From contig CAXHAT010000189.1 in NCBI GenBank assembly GCA_964014485.1, positions 1-15,142 on the forward strand: a stretch of 15,142 nucleotides of DNA, written 5' to 3'. Source of the stretch: an uncultured Deferribacteres bacterium. Lineage in GTDB: Bacteria > Zhuqueibacterota > Zhuqueibacteria > Zhuqueibacterales > Geothermadaptataceae. How positions within the stretch are numbered: the stretch's first letter is position 1; each line of letters begins with the position of its first letter. The notes below the pieces were generated by a model. It saw only the letters and a program-made list of their open reading frames with translations, searched no databases and was not told the DNA's origin. This document shows, in pieces, positions 7,772 through 15,142 of this stretch. A program made the position numbers and the translations under genes.

Positions 7772-8130
7772 GGGGACGACATGGTTTCGACGGGGGAACG
7801 AGCGTCGTGGATGGCATGTCGAGGTTGTCTGGCCCCTCGTAAAATAGCCTGACGCCTAAAATTAATTGCAGATGATTATTCATACGCAATGGCTGCCTAG
7901 AAATAGATAGCCCGTTTCCTCGATTTGGCGCCGCCACGGCTCGGGGAAGCGACGACATCGGCGGCTGGCTCGCTTTCGCGTCTGGAGGAAGCGGGTGAGA
8001 AACACCGGACTGGCGATGATGCGGGTTTGTTCATTGAGCCAATTCGTCGTGAGAAACAATCGATGAACTAAGCATGTAGAAGTCTGCGAGACTTGTCCTT
8101 CGGACGCGGGTTCGATTCCCGCCGTCTCCA
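7772..8130 (+). ncRNA. ssrA: Transfer-messenger RNA (tmRNA)
   Basis: 5' GGGGACGACATGGTTTCGAC pairs with 3' CGTCTCC-A, giving an alanyl-type G3-U acceptor stem. T-arm GCGGG-TTCGATT-CCCGC, GCATGTCGAGG and AAGCATGTAG conserved blocks, internal tag ORF. CAA rather than CCA follows the discriminator. Confidence 0.97.
7868..7900 (+). other. tmRNA proteolysis tag reading frame (A)ADDYSYAMAA*
   Basis: GCA resume codon after the AT-rich ATTAATT: GCA GAT GAT TAT TCA TAC GCA ATG GCT GCC TAG, ending in Ala-Ala. Confidence 0.92.
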
Positions 8131-8136
8131 CAACTT

Positions 8137-8179
8137 GAAAAAGCCGCAACCGCGCGTCAAACGCAGTTGCGGCTTTTTC
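8137..8179 (+). terminator. Intrinsic terminator of ssrA
   Basis: GAAAAAGCCGCAAC (8137-8150) ... GTTGCGGCTTTTTC (8166-8179) followed by more T residues. Confidence 0.85.
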
Positions 8180-8203
8180 TTTTTGCGTTCCGAAGCGAAA
8201 GCA

Positions 8204-8232
8204 TTGCAAAGCCGTCATAGTGAAATTATATT
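8204..8232 (+). promoter_or_regulatory. Putative sigma70-type promoter of the four-gene operon
   Basis: TTGCAA (8204-8209)-N17-TATATT (8227-8232), just downstream of the ssrA terminator. Confidence 0.45.
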
Positions 8233-8311
8233 TTGGCGAAAAGCAAAATTTACTCGCTGTAAAAATAGCCTGACAAAAATGCAAAGCGCTCACCTGAAAA
8301 ATTCCAGAAAA

Positions 8312-10060
8312 ATGTGCCGCCGTTCCCCAAAATGTCATCTAGAAGGAATCCATTTTGAACACGGGGTAAAAAGTAACCGCCGCTTCAAGAAGCTCTATCG
8401 AGAAATATTCTCGAGCCGCTCTGATTCTGATGAAATCAGGCGCCGGAAACGAGATGGGCAAGATAGATTCTTCCTGAATAACAGATACAAGAGCTGCGTT
8501 CTATCCGGGATTCTCGCCGTGCTTTTCTTCCTCGCAACGCTTCCGCTATCCGCTCAAAACTACGCCGCCTTCGACGTTCAGCATTACGATCTGCATCTTA
8601 AACTCTCCGACGAAAGCGACAACATCGAAGGCCTTGCCGCCATCAAAGTTCTCAGAAAAGGCGGTGCGTCTGAGTTCATCTTGAACCTGAACGGCTTGAC
8701 GGCGAAAAAGGTTAGTTTGAACGAACAAGCGATAGAATTCACACAAAAAGATTCGTTAATTCACATTCCGATTTCAGATAAAGCGTCAGAAGCATTCGTA
8801 GTTGAAATCGAATACGCCGGCGTTCCGAAAGACGGCCTGATTATTAAGGAAAACAAGCACGGGCGGCGCACGTTTTTCGCTGACAATTGGCCGAACCGCG
8901 CACAGTATTGGTTTCCCTCCGTCGACCATCCGTCCGACAAGGCGACCGTCAATTTTACCGTCACCGCGCCGCAAAAATATCAGGTGATCGCCAACGGCAG
9001 CCTTGACGATGTCACGGAAAACAGCGACGGCACAAAAACCTCAACTTTTTCGGAATCGCGCTTGATGCCAACCTATTGCATGGTCATCGGCGCGGCAGAA
9101 TTTGAAATTGTTGAAGGCCCAAGCGCCGGTTCAATTCCAGTGAGTTATTGGTTTTACTCCGAAGATCGCGAAGACGCGCTGCTGGAATTTAAGCGCACAA
9201 ACGAAATGATCAATTATTATGCAGATCGCTTCGGCGCGTTTCCATTCGAAAAACTGGCGATGGTGCAGTCTTCCACGCGCTTCGGCGGCATGGAAAACGC
9301 GGGCGCGATATTTTTTTCAGAGCGCAGCGTCGGCTCGGAACGGCGCATGGAAACCACCGTCGCTCATGAAGTGGCGCACCAATGGTTTGGCGACGATGTC
9401 ACCGAAACGGAATGGAACCACCTTTGGTTAAGCGAAGGGTTCGCCACCTATTTCGGGATGCAATTTTTCGAGTTCGCCGACGGTGAGGAAGCTTTTCAAA
9501 ACCTGATGCGCCGGAACCGCGAAAGATATTTTTCACAGGAAAAGTGGCACAAGCGCGCGATTGTAGAGGAAAACGTTACGAACCTTTACGAGCTTCTCAA
9601 CGCCAACAATTACAGCAAAGGCGGCTGGGTTTTGCACATGCTGCGCGACGTGATCGGCGAAGAAAATTTTTGGAAAAGCTTGCGCGCGTACTATCAAAAG
9701 TTTAACGGCAAAAATGCCCTGACCCAAGACTTGCTGGCAGTTTTCGAAGAAATCTCTCATCAAAACTTGGGCTGGTTTTTCAAACAATGGGTGCTTGAAC
9801 CTGGAATCCCGAAAGTAGCGGCCCGATGGCAATGGGATGAAAAAAACAGCGCCTTGAAGATCGATTTTGAACAACAACAAGAGCCTGTGATGCGCTTCCC
9901 GCTTGATGTTGGTATTGCTGGAGAAAACGGCGTCAAAAAGCGCGTTTGGCTTGAAAAAAAATCGCAGCAGGTCGTCATTCCTGTTGTGGTGGAGCCGTCC
10001 GGCGTAGTCCTCGATCCGGGCGTGAAGTTACTCGCCAAATTTGAAATTCAGGATCACTAA
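8312..10060 (+). CDS. M1-family zinc aminopeptidase, probably exported; start codon uncertain
   Basis: GGMEN exopeptidase motif, HEVAH...WLSEGFATY zinc motif, YSKG catalytic Tyr, DVQHYDL N-domain, signal-like VLSGILAVLFFLATLPLSA-Q. The ORF-track start at 8093 lies inside the tmRNA. 8312 is the last in-frame ATG before the signal segment; 8279 (ATG) and 8474 (CTG) are alternatives. Confidence 0.9.
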   Translation: MCRRSPKCHLEGIHFEHGVKSNRRFKKLYREIFSSRSDSDEIRRRKRDGQDRFFLNNRYKSCVLSGILAVLFFLATLPLSAQNYAAFDVQHYDLHLKLSDESDNIEGLAAIKVLRKGGASEFILNLNGLTAKKVSLNEQAIEFTQKDSLIHIPISDKASEAFVVEIEYAGVPKDGLIIKENKHGRRTFFADNWPNRAQYWFPSVDHPSDKATVNFTVTAPQKYQVIANGSLDDVTENSDGTKTSTFSESRLMPTYCMVIGAAEFEIVEGPSAGSIPVSYWFYSEDREDALLEFKRTNEMINYYADRFGAFPFEKLAMVQSSTRFGGMENAGAIFFSERSVGSERRMETTVAHEVAHQWFGDDVTETEWNHLWLSEGFATYFGMQFFEFADGEEAFQNLMRRNRERYFSQEKWHKRAIVEENVTNLYELLNANNYSKGGWVLHMLRDVIGEENFWKSLRAYYQKFNGKNALTQDLLAVFEEISHQNLGWFFKQWVLEPGIPKVAARWQWDEKNSALKIDFEQQQEPVMRFPLDVGIAGENGVKKRVWLEKKSQQVVIPVVVEPSGVVLDPGVKLLAKFEIQDH

Positions 10061-10852
10061 ATGAGCAATCAGCATGTTACAGAAGATGAATGGATTGCCT
10101 GGCTTTGTCGCGAACTGAGCGAAGAGCGAAAAACCGCTCTTGACGAACATGCTGCGCAATGTCGAAAATGCAGAATGGAGAGAATGCTCTATGAGTCGGT
10201 TTTCGAGCAAATCATGCAGCTCGCCAGCCCCTCGGAAGCCGGGCTTACCGGAACGGCATTGACGCAATTTGCCCTGAAAAGCCTCAAAGAATTGAAAGTT
10301 TACTACGCCTATATTTCCCCGGTCAATTTCTCTCAAATTTGCGTCGCAGTGACCGTGAACGGACTGGCCGCCGTGTTGATCGAGCACGAAACGTCGGATC
10401 ATTTTGAAAACTGGCTGCATGAACGTTTTCCGGAAAAATGGCTGATCGAATCGGAAAAAGAAACCACAGAAGTCAGGCGGCAATTGCAGGAATATTTTGA
10501 AGGAAAACGTACGCGATTTGAGCTTGAAATTGACGAAAGCGTCCTTGCCAGCCGTTTTCAAAAGCGCGTTTTGTGGGAATTAAAAAACGTCCCGTTTGGG
10601 CGTTTGACGACTTACGGCGAATTGGCGGAGCGCATCGGTCAGCCGGGAGCAAGCCGCGCAGTTGGCGGCGCCATGGGCAGCAATCCTATTCCCATTGTCC
10701 TGCCTTGCCATCGCGTTATCGCGGGCGACCAGACGCTGGGCGGATTCAGCGCAGGATTATCGAACAAAAAATTGCTGTTGGCGCACGAAGGCGTAACGAC
10801 TTTGCAGCCTACCGACCAGATGGACCTTTTCAGCATCGCGTATAATGGATAA
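10061..10852 (+). CDS. ogt: Methylated-DNA-protein-cysteine methyltransferase (Ogt) with N-terminal zf-HC2-like zinc finger
   Basis: QLQEYFEG, FQKRV, VPFG..TYGELA, ASRAVGGAMGSNP and active site PCHRV (10703-10717). The N-terminus has HAAQCRKC (Hx3Cx2C, 10148-10171). Confidence 0.9.
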   Translation: MSNQHVTEDEWIAWLCRELSEERKTALDEHAAQCRKCRMERMLYESVFEQIMQLASPSEAGLTGTALTQFALKSLKELKVYYAYISPVNFSQICVAVTVNGLAAVLIEHETSDHFENWLHERFPEKWLIESEKETTEVRRQLQEYFEGKRTRFELEIDESVLASRFQKRVLWELKNVPFGRLTTYGELAERIGQPGASRAVGGAMGSNPIPIVLPCHRVIAGDQTLGGFSAGLSNKKLLLAHEGVTTLQPTDQMDLFSIAYNG

Positions 10853-12626
10853 CGCCAACCTTGCGAGTCGCCTGGCCGCCGCCTACCCTGATTTTTCCAT
10901 CACAAATTTATTTGAAGATACGGCGCATAAATTGGGGTGCGGGCTTTCTTGGCGCAGAGTTCGTTTCACGCTTAAATCCAAAGAAGGAGAGAGCGCAGGA
11001 TTGTGTGTGAATGCTTTGAAATTTTCCGCCAAATCACTCCGCCCGTTTCCAATAAAATTTGGCGAGCAATCGCGTGAAGCCTTGCTCCAGGACGCAGATT
11101 TACAACGATCATTCGCTTCCGCTTATTGGTACACAACCTGGGCTGAAGGCGCTTTGCGCGGGGCAGGGCGCGAAACCAGTCCGGTCGCTTTTTGGCCGGT
11201 CGTTCGTTCGAAGGCGTTTCGAAAATCACGAAACGTGACCGCTGAAGATTTTCTCGAAATTGAAAAAGGATACTGGCTGGTCGGGCAAGACATTCTCGAA
11301 TTAAGACAAATTAGAGAAAAAGTCGAGACGGGCAAAATTCGCTGGCGAGACGGCCAGTTTTTTGGAGAAGTTTCAGCAAGCATTTTGGCCAAGCTGAACC
11401 AAAAAGCTTTTATTGATCGATACATCGGCAAGAATTCTGAACCGTCGAATAACTATGCGCCGCGAAAGCTCATCCCTGTGAATGGCAGCCATCTGATCAG
11501 CCGTTTACTAAACGATGAGTGGAGCGGCTTTGAAAACGGTTCATTGCTTAACAAAATTGCAGCCGTGGCAGCGGCGACGAACGGCGGCTTTTTTCTTAAC
11601 TTTCCCGAAGAATATGTGCACAATTTAAGTGCAATGAACGATCCCGTCGGGCTTTTGATGCAGGACGGCCAGATTGAGCAATTGCCTTTAGCGCTCCGGA
11701 GCGCATTGCTCGTGCGGCGGAGCGGCCAAGCGCGGATCGCCGTCGTCGGTTTGGAAGATTTCGAACTCCGACTGCCGTGGCGAAGAGAATGGCAAAGAAA
11801 CCGTCAAGATGACGGTTTTGTGGTGAACAAGGAAGATTTGGCGGGTAAAAGCAATGTCGTTTACACCCCGTTTTTCAACGCCCAAAAGCCGCCTGGGGAA
11901 CAAAGGACGCCGCCGGCGGAATCTATTGATTTAGCGGTTGTTTTTGGAGAAATTGCTGAGGTAAAGTTAGGCGGTCGACTGGAAATACCGCCCAACGGGA
12001 TTGTGCTTTCGCTTCCAATGTCCGAGATTTCTCTCTCAAACGCATTGAAGAAAATCGAAGAATTTGGCGGCAACGTCGCATTCCGCCCGGCGCAATCAAT
12101 CTCACCGAAGGACGATCCGCTTGTGACCGCGATTGGCGCCGGCCCTTTGCTGGTAAACCAACAGGGGATTGTTTCGGATGACTTTTTCGAAAAGGAATGC
12201 ACCGAGGAGTTTTTGGGAATGGATTCTCAGAGCGGAAATATCGTCGTCAACGGCGCGGCCCCAACGCGTTTCCCGCACGATTCGGCGCAAACGCGCGCGC
12301 CGAGAACCGTGCTTGGGTTGCTCGACGACAGAGAAGCTTTAATCCTGGTTATAGACGGGCGTAATTCTGAGCACAGCATCGGCGCCACGCTCGTTGAAGC
12401 CGCGAGAATTGCCCAGGCATTTAACTGCCGCCAAGCGCTCAACCTTGACGGCGGCGGATCGTCAGTGCTTTTCCTTAAAAGCAAAATCGCAAAAAAGGTT
12501 AAGATCAAATCCGAGATTAAAACGGGAATCGTCAACTTGCCTTCCGATCCGGGCGGGTGTGATCGTCTCATGCCGGTTCCGCTTTTTATCTCGGGAGCGA
12601 ATAAAATCCAGGAGGAAGTTCAATGA
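10845..12626 (+). CDS. Phosphodiester glycosidase (NAGPA/DUF2233 family) protein with unrecognised N-terminal region
   Basis: TNGGFF, AIGAGPLLV, APRTVLG, LVIDGR, GATL.EAA and ALNLDGGGSS are NAGPA-family motifs. Overlaps ogt by 8 nt. Confidence 0.85.
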   Translation: MDNANLASRLAAAYPDFSITNLFEDTAHKLGCGLSWRRVRFTLKSKEGESAGLCVNALKFSAKSLRPFPIKFGEQSREALLQDADLQRSFASAYWYTTWAEGALRGAGRETSPVAFWPVVRSKAFRKSRNVTAEDFLEIEKGYWLVGQDILELRQIREKVETGKIRWRDGQFFGEVSASILAKLNQKAFIDRYIGKNSEPSNNYAPRKLIPVNGSHLISRLLNDEWSGFENGSLLNKIAAVAAATNGGFFLNFPEEYVHNLSAMNDPVGLLMQDGQIEQLPLALRSALLVRRSGQARIAVVGLEDFELRLPWRREWQRNRQDDGFVVNKEDLAGKSNVVYTPFFNAQKPPGEQRTPPAESIDLAVVFGEIAEVKLGGRLEIPPNGIVLSLPMSEISLSNALKKIEEFGGNVAFRPAQSISPKDDPLVTAIGAGPLLVNQQGIVSDDFFEKECTEEFLGMDSQSGNIVVNGAAPTRFPHDSAQTRAPRTVLGLLDDREALILVIDGRNSEHSIGATLVEAARIAQAFNCRQALNLDGGGSSVLFLKSKIAKKVKIKSEIKTGIVNLPSDPGGCDRLMPVPLFISGANKIQEEVQ

Positions 12627-14125
12627 AACCAATAATGACATTCGTTTTACCGTTTTATGAAGAAACACAAGACTTAACACGGCAAATTCATGTGCTCAGC
12701 AAACAAACCAAGGCGTGTGAAATCATCATATTCGACGAGCGGCTTCGGCAAACGCCAAACGAAACGCTCGAACGTGCGAAGAGTATGGAAAACGTCAAAA
12801 TCTTTCAGCGCGCGCACCGCAATCGCGCTGCGCTTTTCAATGACGGCGTTGAACAAGCCGAGGCCGGGCTGGTCAGCATTCTACCGGCGGATATTTTTCC
12901 CAGACCAGATTTTTCCGAGCGTATTTCAAGCGAATCTCAAAAAGAAAATTTCAGCGTCGCTTATACTGATTTTGAAGTTGACGAGCCGGGGAAGCCTTTG
13001 CGTGAGGAAAAGCTCTGGCCTTTTCACAATGTAATCGAAGAGCGCTTTTCGCTTGGCTATTTTCGCGTTTATGAAAAAAAATGCGTGCTGGAAAACGGCG
13101 GCTTTGACGAAGATTTGGATTACGCCGAGGAGTATGATTTTCGTTTGCGTGTGCAGGATCGTTACGCCGTCAAGCATATTGCGCAACCGCTCTACCTTTG
13201 CGAAATACAAGAAGCGGCGGAAGCGGACGTGGCGACGAGCAGGTTCTTCTCACCGGGAGCAGGTTCGAAAGGCGGATTTAGCTACCTTTTTTATACGCCG
13301 GAAATGGAGCGCGAAACAGAAACTGTTTTCAAAAACTATCTCAAACGGATCGGCTGTTTTTTAACCCACAAAAATCAAACGGTTGCGTATACGCCGAATG
13401 AAGAGTTTGAAGTGATGGTTTCCATCGTCATTCCAATTCTAAATCGCAGGAGATTTATTGGGCATACGGTGCAAATCGTGCTTGACGGCACATTTAACGA
13501 CTTTGAAATTTTGATTGTAGACAACGGCTCGACAGACGGCACCCAGGACGAAGTGCGAAGTATTGCCGACCCGCGCGTGCGGCTTGTGCAACACGATGGA
13601 ACTTGCATCGCGGAGGCGCTGAATCGCGGTATTAGCGAGGCGCGAGGAAAATATATCGCCCAGTTGGATTCCGACGATGAGTACATGCCGGACACGCTGG
13701 AAACCATGACGGCGTACATGGAAACGCATCCCAAGTGCGGCCTTGCCATCAGCTACTATGATTTGATCGACATCGACAGCCAACCGATTGAAGAATTGGG
13801 CGTCATTAAACATCTGGAATTTGACCGCAACAACATTTTGCGCGTGGACGGCGGCGGCGCGCTGCGTTTTTTCCACAAAAAAGTCCTGGAAGAATTCGGC
13901 CTGTACAACGTTGATGATTATGGCAATTTTGGCGAGGACTATGACATGGTTCTGAAAATCTCAGAAAAATACGATGTAGATCGGGTGCATAAAGTGCTTT
14001 ACCGCTATCGCAGACATGACGACAACACGGACGTGCAGCGCCCGCCGGAAATGAAAGTCTTTAATAAAAACAATGCGAGGCAAGATGCGCTGAAGCGCAG
14101 GCGGGCAATCAACAACGACCGTTGA
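12623..14125 (+). CDS. Glycosyltransferase family 2 protein with two tandem GT-A domains
   Basis: C-terminal domain: VSIVIPILNR, ILIVDNGSTDGT, ALNRGI, QLDSDD, GEDYD. The N-terminal domain is a degenerate copy (FVLPFY, IIIFD, FNDGV, LPADI, GGFDE, AEEYDF). ATGA overlap and AGGAGG at 12610-12615. Confidence 0.92.
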   Translation: MKPIMTFVLPFYEETQDLTRQIHVLSKQTKACEIIIFDERLRQTPNETLERAKSMENVKIFQRAHRNRAALFNDGVEQAEAGLVSILPADIFPRPDFSERISSESQKENFSVAYTDFEVDEPGKPLREEKLWPFHNVIEERFSLGYFRVYEKKCVLENGGFDEDLDYAEEYDFRLRVQDRYAVKHIAQPLYLCEIQEAAEADVATSRFFSPGAGSKGGFSYLFYTPEMERETETVFKNYLKRIGCFLTHKNQTVAYTPNEEFEVMVSIVIPILNRRRFIGHTVQIVLDGTFNDFEILIVDNGSTDGTQDEVRSIADPRVRLVQHDGTCIAEALNRGISEARGKYIAQLDSDDEYMPDTLETMTAYMETHPKCGLAISYYDLIDIDSQPIEELGVIKHLEFDRNNILRVDGGGALRFFHKKVLEEFGLYNVDDYGNFGEDYDMVLKISEKYDVDRVHKVLYRYRRHDDNTDVQRPPEMKVFNKNNARQDALKRRRAINNDR

Positions 14126-14153
14126 TGGCTGAAGAATCTACGGCGGCATTCTA

Positions 14154-14199
14154 ACAAAAAAAGCCCTGCGTGCGTCTTGCACTCGCAGGGCTTTTTTGT
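14154..14199. terminator. Bidirectional intrinsic terminator between convergent genes
   Basis: ACAAAAAAAGCCCTGCG ... CGCAGGGCTTTTTTGT between the GT2 stop (14125) and the TPR stop (14219). Confidence 0.88.
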
Positions 14200-14218
14200 G
14201 AAAACTGAAGTTTTGAGC

Positions 14219-15097
14219 TTACTTGTCTTTCAACTGTTCGTGCTTGTCGAAAGCTTCTTTGCTCTTGTCGGCGTTGCCGGCGTGGGTGTGCGCAACGCCA
14301 AGGTTGAACCAGAGCGAAGCATTTTCAGGCTGGGATTCCAGCGCTTTCTCGATGAACGGAATCGCCGCAATATAATTTTCCTTGGCCTTTGCCATAAGAT
14401 CGGCGTACTCCGAAGAGTCCTTGTCTTCTACGTCTCTGGCTTGAGATTGATACTTGCCCGCCAATTGAATGTATGAATCACCGGTGTGCAAAATGACGTC
14501 GTAGTCGTCCGGCTTTACTTCATAGATCGCCTTGAATTTTTCGACGGCTTCTTCAAACATGTCCTTGTTATAAAACAGACGTGCGTAGTTGAATTGCAGA
14601 TCAGTGTTGTCAGGACTCGCGGCGATAGCGTTTTTGTATGCTTCCATCGCCTTGTCGGTCTGGCCCATCTGATCGTATGCGATCCCTAATGTTGAAATGG
14701 CGTCAGCGTTGCCTGGATCGAGTTCCAGGATTTTTTCCAGTACTTCAGTTGCTTCGGTGAAATTCTTTTCCTGATAGTGTACGATGGCAAAGTTATAGAG
14801 CGTCTCAACATGGTCGGGCTCGGCCTCAACGGCTTTCTCATAGTTGGCAATTGCTTTCGCGGGATCCGGCGGATCAATTTGCATGTATGCAACGCCCAAA
14901 TTGCGATAGGATTCAATTTTTTCAGGGGAGATGAGCGCGGCTGTTTCAAACGCCTCGATCGCGCTGTTCAAATCCTTTTGGTTGAAGCCGTTAACGCCCT
15001 TGTTGAAATTGTCTACCCAAAAACGCTCTTTTTCGAAAGTGATCTGGCTTTCGAATTTGTTGTCGATTTTCATGCTTTCTTCAAAGGACTCCACCAT
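14219..15097 (-). CDS. Tetratricopeptide-repeat protein, probably 5'-partial
   Basis: Multiple ~34-aa TPR units (YRNLGVAY, LYNFAIVHY, ISTLGIAY, QFNYARLFY, WFNLGVAH; A...Y/F.KA...P). The first five residues (MYKRQ) of the ORF-track call are adapter-derived. Confidence 0.88.
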   Translation of the reverse strand: MVESFEESMKIDNKFESQITFEKERFWVDNFNKGVNGFNQKDLNSAIEAFETAALISPEKIESYRNLGVAYMQIDPPDPAKAIANYEKAVEAEPDHVETLYNFAIVHYQEKNFTEATEVLEKILELDPGNADAISTLGIAYDQMGQTDKAMEAYKNAIAASPDNTDLQFNYARLFYNKDMFEEAVEKFKAIYEVKPDDYDVILHTGDSYIQLAGKYQSQARDVEDKDSSEYADLMAKAKENYIAAIPFIEKALESQPENASLWFNLGVAHTHAGNADKSKEAFDKHEQLKDK

Positions 15098-15142
15098 CTG
15101 TCTCTTATACACATCTGACGCTGCCGACGAGCTTCTTGGTGT
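15098..15142 (+). other. Untrimmed Illumina Nextera adapter (technical artefact)
   Basis: CTGTCTCTTATACACATCT (Tn5 mosaic end, 15098-15116) + GACGCTGCCGACGA (15117-15130) + 8-nt index-position sequence GCTTCTTG + GTGT (start of the P5 complement). Confidence 0.98.

Noticed and set aside
7841..8274. 13-mer AAAATAGCCTGAC in the tmRNA (7841-7853) repeated at 8262-8274
   Set aside because: A match this short and A-rich can arise by chance in 15 kb, and integration scars normally duplicate the tmRNA 3' end rather than an internal segment.
8093..8278. ORF-track N-terminus of the 655-aa peptidase
   Set aside because: Overlaps the tmRNA 3' end, its terminator and the downstream promoter.
8427..8450. 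CTGATGA...GAAAC resembling a hammerhead ribozyme core
   Set aside because: The intervening bases cannot form the required stem II closing pair, and flanking stems were not found.
15098..15116. Tn5/IS50 end as a genuine mobile element
   Set aside because: It is the synthetic mosaic end followed by Nextera primer sequence at the contig terminus.
1237..15118. Numerous short alternative-frame and antisense ORFs inside the major genes
   Set aside because: Fully overlap well-supported CDSs and show no independent motifs or ribosome-binding sites.

Overview
Bacterial contig end, probably from an FCB-superphylum organism (inferred from the tmRNA tag ADDYSYAMAA and the gene content). Left to right it contains: (1) a 3'-truncated DsbD-type thiol:disulfide interchange gene on the minus strand, missing from the ORF track; (2) a divergent promoter region with sigma54-like sites and a ~205-bp MITE with target-site duplication; (3) lon; (4) a ~350-bp nested inverted-repeat structure (MITE with 7-bp TSD, inverted REP-like pair, perfect 36-bp palindrome); (5) a metal-uptake operon with tandem DtxR/MntR boxes, a membrane-anchored DtxR/MntR-FeoA-FeoA fusion and a FeoB split into separate GTPase and permease genes; (6) a GTAG-type REP palindrome and ssrA (tmRNA); (7) a tightly coupled four-gene operon: M1 aminopeptidase, zinc-finger(anti-sigma)-Ogt fusion with a C-terminal clamp-binding-like motif, signal-less NAGPA-family phosphodiester glycosidase, and tandem GT2 glycosyltransferase; (8) a convergent, probably 5'-truncated TPR gene. 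The last 45 nt are untrimmed Nextera adapter, not genome. All family calls come from motif recognition by eye; no database searches were run.
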